Source of the DNA: Octopus bimaculoides
Taxonomy: Eukaryota
Direction: 5' to 3'
NCBI RefSeq assembly: GCF_001194135.2
Contig: NC_068989.1
Span: 63,905,252-63,969,251, forward strand
Length of the DNA stretch: 64,000 nt
Below the pieces are notes generated by a model, which did no database searches, was not told the origin of the DNA, and saw only the letters and a list, made by a program, of their open reading frames with translations. This document shows, in pieces, positions 52,150 to 64,000 of this stretch (its first letter is position 1; every line of letters starts with the position of its first letter). A program made the translations under genes and the position numbers.

Positions 52150-53010
52150 CTTGTGGATTGTTTTGTTTTGGTTATATAACTATATCGCAATGTCTACATA
52201 TTTTCCAGTGGAAATAACTATTTACTCGGTCATGTCTTTATATATATTCAGATTTGTTAAGGACTGGACAGCCAGAGATTATATGGTCAATTGTCTTATT
52301 TTGCTGATTGCATAATCTGCATTTGGTGTTAGAACTTGTTTTCATTATTTTACTTTTATAGCTGTTTGTAATTAAGCATTGATCTTATTCAGCGGGAATC
52401 ACTCATTCCATTTATGCTTTTAATTCAGATCATTTTTCTTTCCATTTCTTTTTTTAGTACGTTTTGTAGTTCAGTTTTCATGATGGCTTTGTCTCTTCGA
52501 CCATTTCTGCTATGTTATCATCTGGGATCAGTGAATCAGTGTTGTTTGTGTCTGCCGTGTGTTTTGTCGCCTCATTGTATATAGAGATAAACGTTTTCGT
52601 TTATTTTGTGTTGCTTTATTACCTGTAGTAGTCTGCCACTTTTTATTTCTAAGTACATTTCTAGTCCAACTGTTGCTATTTTATAGTGGTTCTCTACCTG
52701 TGTGAGACCGCAACCTCCTTCTAAGCGAGGTAGATATATGTCGTCTGTGTTCGCTTTGGGGTGGTGTCTTCGGTATGCTGTTAATAATTTTTAAATTCAC
52801 TGATCTTCCAGTTTATTACATTAAAACAGTAATCTATGACTGGGATGGGTAGCGTATTTATACCTATTATCTTCCTTTCAACACTGGTTCAGTGATTGAT
52901 ACTAGTCTATCTTCTATAATATGCTCTCTTAATTTTCTCTTTCATTTTGGCTGTTTCGTCTATTGCTAGATATTGTATGGGCGATTGTGGTTTAATTGTA
53001 TTATTATTTT
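52150..53010 (-). mobile_element. R4/Dong-like ORF fragment: RT end, thumb and CCHC knuckle
   Basis: QYLAIDE..KMKEKIKRAYYRR; IIGINTLPIPVIDYCFNVINWK; HHPKANTDDIYLPRLEGGCGL; KCRLCNQQNKTIDHIISGCPVL..SEYI*RHDRV..YFHWKIC. Confidence 0.88.
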
Positions 53011-53239
53011 TTTTATGCCGTGGGTATACACGTCTGATATAAAATGGTGTTACACAAATAAATAGTTGGTTGTGGTTATCTAAAAATGACCTATCGCAGG
53101 AATATATGTCAACACAGATCGCACTCTGTTCTACTCTAACGTAAGTACGATACTCAGTATTCATTGTCCAACTACCGAGTGTTAAACCAAACACACGTCG
53201 TACTAACACGGTTAACCAACACGGTCGAACGAACAACAA

Positions 53240-53311
<72 letters not shown>

Positions 53312-53324
53312 CATTATTATTATC

Positions 53325-53810
53325 ATCGTCATTTTAATTCAATAGTCTTATTTTTAGCACGTGCTTTCACTGCACTACCGAGCACAGCTCTGTATGCCTT
53401 GGGTATGTGCTGTGGTTTGTTGTAATGCTTTTATTTTTACTGTATTGAAAGTGTTTTATGTAGGATCTGTGCGGTGCCTAGTAGTGCTATTTTCTGTATG
53501 TTGTATATACTTGTAACTCTGCGTGTTTTTTTTATTATATATTTGTCTGAATGCTTTTAATTATAATTAATGCGCCTACTATGATAGGAATTTGTTTTTG
53601 TTTTTAGGCTCTGCATTCGAATTATCTCTATTTCTAGATCTTTGTATTTTGAAAGTTTCTCCGTTACTTTTAGAGAAACATTGTCATCTGTTGGTATAGA
53701 TACAACGATTAGAAATCATTGTATTTTTTTTGTGATCTCTGACAACTATAACTGGCCTATTGGCCTTAATTTATCTGTGTATTGGATTATCCCAGAGTAT
53801 GGTTGCTTCA
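53325..53810 (-). mobile_element. R4/Dong-like restriction-like endonuclease region and 3' UTR, between two (TAA)n tracts
   Basis: ATILWD.PIH..IKANRP.IVVRDH...VSIPTDDNVSLKVTEKLSKYKDLEIEIIRM (NRPD/KxxKY RLE motif, decayed); 3' UTR matches 19985-20100. Confidence 0.9.
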
Positions 53811-53870
<60 letters not shown>

Positions 53871-53884
53871 GATTATTATTATTC

Positions 53885-54130
53885 CTACGTAACACAGTGT
53901 AGGTAAAAATGCACCGGAGTCTTTAGTCATCTATTAAGTCACAATAAGGACCTCAGACAGATAATACTTTCCTCAAGATGCGCGCTGTGCCCGATATGGC
54001 TACTTTTTGCAAAACATCAATCTTGCATGGGATTTCCAGTTGCCTTAAGAAGTTTTGAAGTGTCAATGGGATTGAGCCCAATGCTCCAATAACCACTGGT
54101 TTCACTTTCACATTAACCTCTACAGCGTCC
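53885..54130 (-). mobile_element. 3' end of a second R4/Dong-like family, ending in (TAA)n
   Basis: VKVKPVVIGALGSIPLTLQNFLRQLEIPCKIDVLQKVAISGTARILRKVLSV*; 3' UTR differs from family 1. Confidence 0.82.
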
Positions 54131-54242
54131 AATAGGCAGCCTTAGCATCGTCATTCTTAGTCCCTGCGCTGTGAAATGAATTGAAGCTGAAAATTACTGA
54201 ATTCTGTCAGCATGAAACGTTTGGTTCCAAGAAATTTAACAA

Positions 54243-54243
<1 letters not shown>

Positions 54244-54312
<69 letters not shown>

Positions 54313-54325
54313 TGTAGTTGTTGTT

Positions 54326-54380
<55 letters not shown>
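54244..54380. repeat. (GTA)n microsatellite with GTT interruptions
   Basis: Visible tandem units. Confidence 0.97.
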
Positions 54381-54382
<2 letters not shown>

Positions 54383-54688
54383 AGCGTATACGTATTTATA
54401 CATATAAATGTNNNNNNNNNNNNNNNNNNNNNNNNNNNNNNNNNNNNNNNNNNNNNNNNNNNNNNNNNNNNNNNNNNNNNNNNNNNNNNNNNNNNNNNNN
54501 NNNNNNNNNNNNNNNNNNNNNNNNNNNNNNNNNNNNNNNNNNNNNNNNNNNNNNNNNNNNNNNNNNNNNNNNNNNNNNNNNNNNNNNTATATATATATAT
54601 ATATAAATATTCTGAGTGCAGAGATACATAGACACATGCACACACATATAATTCAAATATATATATATTTTGAGTGCAAAGATACATG

Positions 54689-54724
<36 letters not shown>

Positions 54725-55721
54725 CTTAAGATGTGTGTGTGCCCGCGCATGCGTATGTGAGTATGCGTCTATGTGACTTTGTGTGTGTGTGCATGTATAC
54801 GTTTGTTTGTGTGAGTAATGATAAGGTTTGGTAAAAAGAAAAAAAGCTTATAAAGCATACCATTATGTACCGTAGTGAGAAAGACATGGCTAAGAATATA
54901 TGAAGAAATAAAGCAACATTTTAGAGATTAACGACAAGTGCTTTTACTGATATTTTATAGATTAAATCTTCTTAGTTGACTTTTCTATTTAAGGGTGACC
55001 TTGTATCTAAACCAGCAACTGAAAACCATTAACGTGCATTATACGAAGATCTTTTGATCATACTTTGATTATTTCTTGCTTTGGCTACATAGAAAAATAT
55101 AATGTAGGAAGATATATCTAAGAGTTGTATAGGGCTGTCTCGTACTTGATTTGAATAGATTTGATGCGAAGATACATTATTTTCCTCTTTACGTTTTCCT
55201 TTGGAATTAAAGTCACGTCAAATATAAAAAGCGCCGCTCAATAATTAATGAGTTCAGTATATGAAAGTATATTTATATGTTTAAAAGTATTTAGATTTTA
55301 ATCGGGGTTAAGAACCTCGAGTCGTCAGGAAATAAGTTGCTTACAATGAAGTTATGCAATCGCAAAAAGCTTTTTAGCTTTGATTCATCTGTTTCCGTGT
55401 AACAAGCAACGTACTTTCACTTAGAGTATTTTACTTCAAATAGATAAGCGTTGATTCAAATTTACTGGAAAATGCAAATTTGATAACTAGTGAAAAAAAT
55501 TCTTTAGGTTAATACATCACACAAAATTTGAAGCAATGTTTCTGTTTATGAAAGCATTTAGTCTTAGTGGAAGAGACTAAAAACCGACTTTCTACGACTT
55601 GTTTTAGCTGCGTTTCATGATATATTGATGAATATAAGTTAAATAAAATCTAATAAAGTAAATATTATGAAGATAAATGAAAATATACTATGTTTATAAA
55701 AAGAGTTTAAAATGATTCTAA

Positions 55722-56009
55722 CATTCTCAATCACTGACTGCAGCCATGCTGAGGCGCTGCCATAAAGAATTGTTTTTAATCGAATGATACGACTCCAGTA
55801 CTCATTTTTTAAGCCTGGTACTTACTATATCGAGACTTTTGCCGAACTGCTAAGTCACGTGGACATAAATACACCAACTCCGGTTTGCAAGTGGTGGGGA
55901 GGGACAAAGACAGACACAATCACACACACACATACAGACATACATATACATATATGTATGCGTGTGTGTATGTGTGTTTGTGAGTATGTGTGTGTGTTTG
56001 TGTGTGTGT

Positions 56010-56042
<33 letters not shown>

Positions 56043-56180
56043 TAACGGGCTTCTGTCAGTTTCCGTATACCAAGTCTACTGACAAGGCTTTCGCTAGCTC
56101 GAGGCTATAGTAGGATACACTTGCTCAAGTTACCATATGTTTGGAAAGCAAGATCCTTATCACAGTCCTGTCTGTGCCTA
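55722..56180 (-). mobile_element. SINE family A with an internal (CA)n/(TG)n tract
   Basis: cagccatgctgaggcgctgcc...cttttgccgaactgctaagtcacgtggacataaatacacc...gggacaaagacagacac...(TG)n...ctatagtaggatacacttgctcaag. Confidence 0.88.
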
Positions 56181-56789
56181 TAATAGGTAAGGAAATATTT
56201 ATAAATCGAACAAAAATTGTTTATAAGGAGGAAAATATTTATAAATAGAGTATAAAATGTGAAATATGAATGTTGAATTGGATTAGCAACACACACTTCC
56301 TCTCTATTTCATTTATTATAACACTTGATCCAAGATCTTCATGATGCCACGTTTGGCCGTCTTAAATCTTAAAAAATCTTTCATATAAACCCTTTATAAA
56401 TATTTGTATGTATCAACCGATTATGGTCAAAGTAAAAATAAACTCAATAAGGAAATAAGGCAAACATATTCCAATGGAAAACGAATACTGTGACTCGAGT
56501 CCAAGAAACGGTTAAATGTATCCACGAACCTACTTCAGCGTGAGGTACTTAAATACCAATAGCAATGGTAGTTACTCTAATTTTCATTATTTTAGAAATT
56601 TTAGAACTCATTTGTCATCATCTCATTATTGTAATTCTTATTTCTAAAAGTGACTGAAATTCAAATTATTATAGTTGCACCTCTAGGTTTTTGTAATATT
56701 TGGTTCTAAATCCTTGTTGGGATACTAGTTTCCCAGATCAAATAACCATATAATAATCCTTATAATAATAAAACATATAATAATACGAT

Positions 56790-56998
56790 GGGTACAAGGC
56801 CTGAAATTTTGAGGGAAGGGGATAGTCGATTATATCGACCCCAGTGGCTGAGTGTTACTTATTTACTTATTTTAGCGACCCCGAAAGGATGAAAGACAAA
56901 GTTGACCTCGGCAGAAACTGAACCGAGAAATTAAAGCCAGAAGAAATACCACTAAGCATTTTCCGATGTGATAACGTTTCTACCAGTTCGCCACCTTA
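56790..56998 (-). mobile_element. SINE family B
   Basis: tacaaggcctgaaattttgagggaagg...tcgaccccag...ccccgaaaggatgaaagacaaagttgacctcggcag...acgtttctaccagttcgccacctt. Confidence 0.88.
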
Positions 56999-57389
56999 GA
57001 ATGACCACATAATAACTCATCTCTGAACAACCAAATATATACTACCTATGTCTCTAAAATACCATAAAATGTCGGAAACTCGAATTAAACAAATATGAAA
57101 CAACTAAATGAAATATTTCAGTATACATTTTACACGTTCATTAATACAATCTCGTATCCATAAAACAGGCTTATTAATTAAACAAACACCAATATTACAT
57201 GCAAATTTAGTGAGGCTTAAATACCGGGAGTTGATGGCGGTAAGGATTATGGTCTGTTTCGTAGAATGTAGTTTACTTTCTTCGTGAATTTGTGAAGACG
57301 TATCCGCCATACTTGATGTCCAGAAGTCATAATTTTCAATTATAGGTTTAGTAATTTCACACACATTCTTCTTGGATATGTTTTAGACA

Positions 57390-58050
57390 TTTCATCTAAG
57401 CGAAGTTGCTTCATAATCTTAGATCATTCCCTGTGCAGTGTTTATCCATCAAATAAAAATTCATAATCTCTTTGTTCACTCGTAATAGAAAGCGTCCAAC
57501 CCTTTTGGTTTTTCACCCATCATAATTAACTTGTCAATCAATACTAAGCCGTTCAGCTATATCTACTTTATCTTCATCCATTATCTTTATCATTACTGTC
57601 ACCGTTATTTATCAAAATTTACAGCCACATATATAATTTCAGAATCAATTCAATTATACACACTATATGTCTCTTTATTCTCATTCAGTTACTTAGCCAG
57701 ATTTTCCTTGTTAAACCTACTTGGTACTTCTTTAACATTGGATCCTTTAACACATTCAGCATATGCAAGCAACTTCATAACAGCTTCCTTCCTCTTTGAT
57801 ACTTGAAATTCTGTAAAATCATTGTCAGATGACTTCTCAAATATGGTGGCCGGCCACAACTTACGCCGAATTTTGGTCAATGCTGATGGTTTTGAATTAC
57901 ACTCAGTAACATACTAAAAGTATATCTTTCATGTATTATCAAAAAAATATTTTTTTCTATTGGCCTGCCACATTTTGACACACATATCACATACTGTCTT
58001 CTTTAGACGTAGGACTGAATAAATGGTGTGGAATTTGGTGCTACATACAT
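57390..58050 (-). mobile_element. Tigger/pogo-like (DDE_1) transposase C-terminal remnant
   Basis: APNSTPFIQ (cf. PPNTTSLIQP), MKD, RKLWPATIF..SSDNDFTEFQVSK.KEAVMKLLAYA, MKQLRLDEM; heavily decayed. Confidence 0.6.
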
Positions 58051-58569
58051 ATTGGTATATCATTGCCTTTACACGGTGTAACTTAAACAGTTGTCTACAA
58101 TAAAAAGTTACCGAAGAGGATTCCGTAAAATCGGTGTCATACCTGTACCTATCTTATCGACGGCCGATCGAGGAAACGGAAAAATTTTACTATTGTGAGT
58201 TTTGTTCTCCAATATTAGGAGCAATTATTTCGCTGCTTCAATAAGTCAAATGCTACACGGCTAAAGCATAATAGTGTTGTTTGAGCAATTAATTATTACT
58301 GAGTTTGTTAGTATTTTCATTCGTGTTGCCGTTGTTACTGTTCTTTTACATTGCATATTAACAAGAAGTATGTTTTTACTCATGTGCCTCTTGATCAAGT
58401 TGACTTAATTTTTATACCCATTTACGTTCTGTAGAATTTGAAAACCATGAAAACACCATGTATCGCTTCACGCTTTATAAATTTACTGTCGAATGTGTCG
58501 CCCCTGAGTCTTGTGTTAATGGTTAATCCAGAGCTAATCCCTCCAAACCACGAATTGTTTCCATTTTTG

Positions 58570-58772
58570 GCACAAGGTTAGTAATTTTGAAGAGAGGAGA
58601 TAACAGGATAACATCGGATCCAATACTTGACTAGTACTATTTTCATGGACTTCAGAAGGATCAAAAGTAAAGTTGACGTTAGCAGGACTTGAACTGAGAA
58701 CATAAATCGCCAGGAGAAATACCGCTTAGTATTTTGTCGAACGTACTAAGGATTCCGCCACTTGGCCGCCTT
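58570..58772 (-). mobile_element. SINE family B, diverged
   Basis: gcacaaggttagtaattttg...aaggatcaaaagtaaagttgacg...gaactgagaac...gaaataccgcttag...gattccgccacttggccgcctt. Confidence 0.8.
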
Positions 58773-59184
58773 TCTCAAGCTGTAAGCTGTTCCTTTCAAA
58801 ACCTTACTCCAAGTTTATGACTATCGCCGTAATATATACCACAATTTTAATGCAAGAGTGGTCTTATAAAACTATGTTTCTTTTTAATAACCTTAAGGAT
58901 ATAAGGATATACACTCAGGTGACAGGGTTTCACGTTTGAAGTGACAACCACTGCTGATAGACATTATTTTTCATTATATCTGGGCCTATATATAAAAATA
59001 GATATTAGATGAATACTGGTGTCGATTTAGACGGCAGAACATATCTTTCACATTTAAAGCATTATATCTTTGTTTCAAATTAATATTTAGTAAACTGATT
59101 CAGTACCCATTCACGTGATACACAAAAAAGAATTTGGAACGTGATACCCCTTAATATAAATGTACAAGCTGCACATTTGTGTCT

Positions 59185-59344
59185 GGCGTGGTTGTGTGCT
59201 ATAAGAAGCTTACTTCCCAACCACATGGTTCAGGGTTCAGTCCCACTGCGTGAAAGCTTTGGCCTAGTGTCTTCTACTAGAGCCTTGGCCTTACCAAACC
59301 CTTGTGAGTGGATTTCGTAAGATGGAAACTAAAAGAAGCTCTTC

Positions 59345-59389
<45 letters not shown>

Positions 59390-59645
59390 CATACATATAT
59401 CTTTGTGCGTGTGTCTTTGTGTTTGTGTTTACCTCACCCCACTCCACCCGCCAACGCTTGACAACTGGTGTTGGTGTGATTACGTCACCCTGACTTAGCG
59501 GTTCGACAAAAGTGTCCTATAGAATAAGTAACAGACTTAAAAGCTAAAAAAGAATACTGAGATTGATTCGTTCGACTAAGATTGCTCAAGGCGGTGCTCC
59601 AGCATGGCTGTAGTCTAATGACTGAAACAAGTAAAAGATAAAAGA
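59185..59645 (+). mobile_element. SINE family A, full length
   Basis: ggcgtggttgtgtgctataagaagcttacttcccaaccacatggttcagggttcagtcccactgcgtg...(TA)n...tcaaggcggtgctccagcatggctgtagtctaatgactgaaacaagtaaaagataaaag. Confidence 0.92.
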
Positions 59646-60103
59646 TTTAGTGTATGTCACTAAGACCAATATAGAAAAGCCAATGTTTCAACCGACAACC
59701 GTAAACAGCCTATTGCTGCAGACTATATACGTCAAGTTGGTGCGATATAATAGATATCGAGCTGGCACCTGACATTAACATCGTTGCCACGTGCGTGTTC
59801 TTTGAGTGTCTAAAATGTCAGATAAATTCGCAGAAGTAGGTCTGTGTAAACCAATCATTTAACAAAGTGTATATAGACCACTGAGTAGGTGTTGTAATCA
59901 TATAGACATTGGGAGAGAGGTAGTGCGAAACAGAGGGAGACAGACAGAAAGGAAGATAGATAGATAGACAGACAGACAGATAGATAGATAGATAGAGAGA
60001 TAGNNNNNNNNNNNNNNNNNNNNNNNNNNNNNNNNNNNNNNNNNNNNNNNNNNNNNNNNNNNNNNNNNNNNNNNNNNNNNNNNNNNNNNNNNNNNNNNNN
60101 NNN

Positions 60104-61187
60104 CTCTAGACGTCTAAAGAAATCCGCCCGACCCGTTAAGGACGGTGCATACATTGCCATTAGACGGAAAGCACACCCGTTTGTGCCATCGACGTCCAAG
60201 ACAACCGGGTCTAGGAATATTGGCCTTACTTTTAGGTTCAGACTCTTCCGAAAAAGCACCGCGGTACCACCACCACCCATGTTTGGCAGACAGGGAGAAA
60301 AATAAATGTCGAAATGTCCGCCAAACATGGACTTGAGGGCCCGCGGGTTACTGAGTCTGGTTTCACTGATAGCTATGATTTCTATGTTCTGTGACTTGAT
60401 GTCATTTAGAAGGTAACCTTGCTTCCAAGCTGACGCCAAGCCACGTACATTTACACAACCTAATTTAAGCATAATTCAAGTCGAAATTTGTGTTTCATAC
60501 ACGACAGTAAAAGAGACAAGAGAGAAGGTTACTTACTCGTTTCGAAAGTTTTACCTTCCTCTTCTTTTGAAGTATCTTGGAGGGGGTTTTTGAAGAGTTT
60601 CTTTGATAAATATTTTTGGAAACCCCCAGCCGCATTCGGAAAGACGGTTTTGAGTGTGTGGTGCTGCGTTTGTGTGATGTGAACTATTTTGATGTTTCGG
60701 TGGTGTAGTGCGTGGATGATTGTTAAGCTTATAATCATCTTCAGAAATGTTTGTTTGAGATATGATGTAGTCCATTAGTCTTGTGTTTTTGTGTCTATCG
60801 CTGATAGCATTGTGTGTGTTTTTGTGATGTTGGTACTGATTTGTTTGTGCAAGGGGCTTTCAGCGGTTACATATTTCCCTGCTTTGCATGCATTTAATTT
60901 TGGGGTTGTTTTTGATCTTTTTTCTTTTACCTCCTGTGGCTATTTGCCATNNNNNNNNNNNNNNNNNNNNNNNNNNNNNNNNNNNNNNNNNNNNNNNNNN
61001 NNNNNATGGTGTTGTGGTGTGTGATGTGTGTGTTGTTGGGGGATTGGGAGTAGTATTGGTCTTTTCTTCGTTCTCAGTGGTTGTCTTCTTGGTTGTTGTT
61101 CTTGGTGTTGGTGTTGGTCTGTCTTTAGTTGTTGGTGGTGGTGTTGTTTCTGTTTTTGGCTTAGGTGGTGGTGTTGTTTGGTTGGGT
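60104..61187 (-). mobile_element. L1/Tx1-clade fragment: ORF1 C-terminal region and start of ORF2 (APE endonuclease)
   Basis: ORF2 start MLKLGCVNVRGL...IIAISETRL...GGGGTAVLFRK...FRLMAMYAP...RADFFRRLE at 60472-60104 is an APE signature. Upstream T/P/K-rich sequence ending ...PPPRYFKRRGR* fits an ORF1 tail (less certain). Confidence 0.9.
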
Positions 61188-61254
<67 letters not shown>

Positions 61255-61902
61255 GTAGAAAGATAGATAGATAGAAGTGCTCCACTCATTTACTAGAGTC
61301 AATTCAATTCCACTCTCCTAAAATGTGCCAAATTTGGAAATCTTTATTATTTAAATATTTATTTATGTATTTATGTTTTTATTTATTTAATTATCTATTT
61401 ATTAATGTATTTGCAGTACAAGCTTTAAGGATCGGTATGGAAATTATTATTGCCAGTTTTGACAGTATTTCTGAAGTCAATATGGTAAGTTGTATCTTTC
61501 TTTTCCATAGAACTATATTTCGTTACCATATTTCTGTTGAAATTCATTGAATTTGTTTCAATTAATTTTGAAAATAACGAAGAGTTTACTAAACGGAACA
61601 GGAGCAAACACGTGGATGGAAAAATTGCTGAAGAAGTCACAGATGTGTGGTGAAAGGTTCCCAGACAATGGACACAAACTAAGATAAGAACAGTAATAAA
61701 TGAGTGAAGAACGAATATGTAGTGCGTGTGTTTACTTGACAAGAAAAGAAATTATCATTCCGAAATATAACAATTACTAAAATATCTTTATGATTATTAA
61801 GGTGATGTCAGAAACTTAAACGAATACAAACTTTGATGGGAGGTTTGAATGCAAATCATTTTGACTTTTGTAACCACATTTCTGTTGAAATATACTGTTC
61901 CT

Positions 61903-62331
61903 AAGGCGGTGAGTTGGCAGAAACGTCAACACGCCGGGCGAAATTCTTAGCGGTATTTCGTCTGCCGTTACATTCTGAGTTCAAATTCCGCCGAGGTCGA
62001 CTTTGCCTTTCATCCTTTCGGGATCGATTAAATAAGTACCAGTTAAGCACTGGGGTCGATCTAATGTGCTTAATCCGTTTGTCTGTCCTTGTTTGTCCCC
62101 TCTATGTTTAGCCCCTTGTGGGCAATAAAGAAATAGAAACGTTAGCACACCGGGCGAAATGCTTAGCGATATTTCGTCTGACCTTACGTTCTGAGTTCAA
62201 ATTCCGCCGAGGTTGACTTTGCCTTTCATTCTTTCGGGGTCGATAATATAAGTACCAGTTCTGTACTGGTGGTGATCTAATCGACTGGCCCCACCCAACA
62301 AACTTCAGGCCTTGTTCTTAGAGTAGAAAAA
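61903..62331 (+). mobile_element. SINE family B dimer
   Basis: Unit 1 ends ttagccccttgtgggcaataaagaaata; unit 2 starts gaaacgttagcacacc and ends cttgttcttagagtagaaaa. The central gactttgcctttcatcctttcggg.tcgat recalls the Meta/MESC (Sauria-type) SINE domain (from memory). Confidence 0.92.
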
Positions 62332-63239
62332 ATATGCTGCTTCAATTAATTTTAGAAATATTGAAGAAATTAGAAAAAGAATTTTATCATTTTTAAGCTA
62401 GTGTTTGAAACATACATTTCACATAAAATTTTGATGGGGGATTTTAATTTAGGTTACTTTATAACAGAAAGTTTGTATAGTAGGAGTAGGGATGGTATCA
62501 AGCCTGTTCCTGTCAAAATCGTTGTCTTCTTTTATGTTTCACATTTCTTCGTTGATAGCGTGTTGACGTATTCATGAGCCTGAGATATACGTACGTCGAT
62601 GACTTACTGAAAGTGCAATGACAATGTACGGTGAGAGTCTATGTAGAAGCTTAATTATAAGTCCTGTATCACTTCGAGATTTATTAATTTACTAATGAAC
62701 AATAGGCTGTTATATCTTGCATCAAAGTTCAATCAAAAGCCAATACAAATCGAGATTAGCAGCTGGAAATAGCTATATTATGGAGGTGGTTCATGTGATG
62801 GCTAGAGCGAGTTAATATGCAAACTCGGTGTGGTGAAAATTAGACTATATGAGGAACGTAGAAGTCGTTTATAAGTATGGTATGGAGAAGGAGAGGAAGG
62901 AAATATGCACTTAAATATTAGAGGCGAAATATGATTTTAAAAGTTTTTGGCTTAACAAAATAAACTTGTTTCTTTGATAGTATCTGCTGAGAAGGCATAT
63001 TAAGTGTAAGGGTAGGCTGAGATTCTTTTTTATGTTATTAACTGGATTGTGTAGAGCATGTATTCAAAAAAGGGTACCGGAAGTTTGAATTCTGTTGAAG
63101 TCCATGCAGCACATATAAGTAATCTTTGTGTGCGCGTGTGTATGTGTGTATGTGTGTGTGTGTGTGTCTCTGTGTGTGTGGTTGTGTGTGTGTGTGTGTG
63201 TGAGGGAGAAGTCGACAAGCCGCGAGAGAGCACAGGAAG

Positions 63240-63287
<48 letters not shown>

Positions 63288-63386
63288 TTATATGTATATA
63301 TATATAAGTATATATATACACATATAGATACACACACACATATATATATATATATATACACATATATACATATATACATACATATA

Positions 63387-63453
<67 letters not shown>

Positions 63454-63545
63454 ATTTACGTACATATGCATACTTATATATACATGTATATATATATATG
63501 CATATATGTATATACACATATACATCTATATATATATATAATATT
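63240..63545. repeat. Long degenerate (TA)/(CA)/(TG) microsatellite
   Basis: Visible tandem units. Confidence 0.95.
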
Positions 63546-63761
63546 CGTAATCGCACGTGCTCTCTCTGGCATTCAAACGAATCACTGATATTTCCTATTT
63601 TGCTCAAGTTAGAATTAATAATAATGATAGGACTCGTGTACATAGAAGCTAAAATTTTGGTATTTCAGTGTAAAATCTTATATTAGGTAACTTCTACAAA
63701 TCATGATGTTCCATAATACATTGCATAAAACCTAGCAATTTGTAATAATGACCGAACAAGC

Positions 63762-63804
<43 letters not shown>

Positions 63805-64000
63805 CAGATAGATAGATAGACAAAAGGTGTGAATGGTGGATGAATAGATGGATAGGCGGACACATAGATAGTTAATATGTAAACAGATAGATAAGTAGGT
63901 AAATAATAGTAAAATGATATAAGATAGTTACCGTATGTATGCTTGCACACACACACACACACACTCAGACACGCACACACACGTACACACACAAATAAGT

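Overview
AT-rich animal non-coding DNA from a draft assembly with about 21 N-gaps, nearly all bordered by microsatellites. The SINE families, dense TA/TG/GATA/TAA microsatellites and transposon mix suggest a cephalopod, probably Octopus (inference from remembered repeat families, not a search). I recognise no host-gene exon, rRNA, genuine tRNA or CRISPR array; most ORF-track entries are microsatellite or N-gap artefacts. Supportable content is mobile DNA. (1) Three tRNA-headed SINE families (my labels A, B, C) in about 20 copies. (2) Degenerate non-LTR retroelement fragments: L1/Tx1 (RT; endonuclease plus ORF1 end), two L2/CR1-group RTs, Ingi/Vingi-like, RTE-like, four R4/Dong-like pieces in (TAA)n tracts, and Penelope-like RT and GIY-YIG pieces. 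(3) DNA transposon remnants: a complete internally deleted mariner with TIRs and TA duplication, two copies of a foldback mariner derivative built from two 5' ends, further mariner/Tc1 pieces and a Tigger/pogo remnant. I cannot demonstrate a wholly new biological system. The best leads are the (TAA)n-associated R4-clade pile-up at 51.5-54.2 kb, the double-5'-end mariner family, a SINE with a variable internal microsatellite, retroelement fragments bracketed by microsatellites, and a three-helix hairpin at 9273-9379. All family calls come from manual translation and remembered motifs; most boundaries are approximate.
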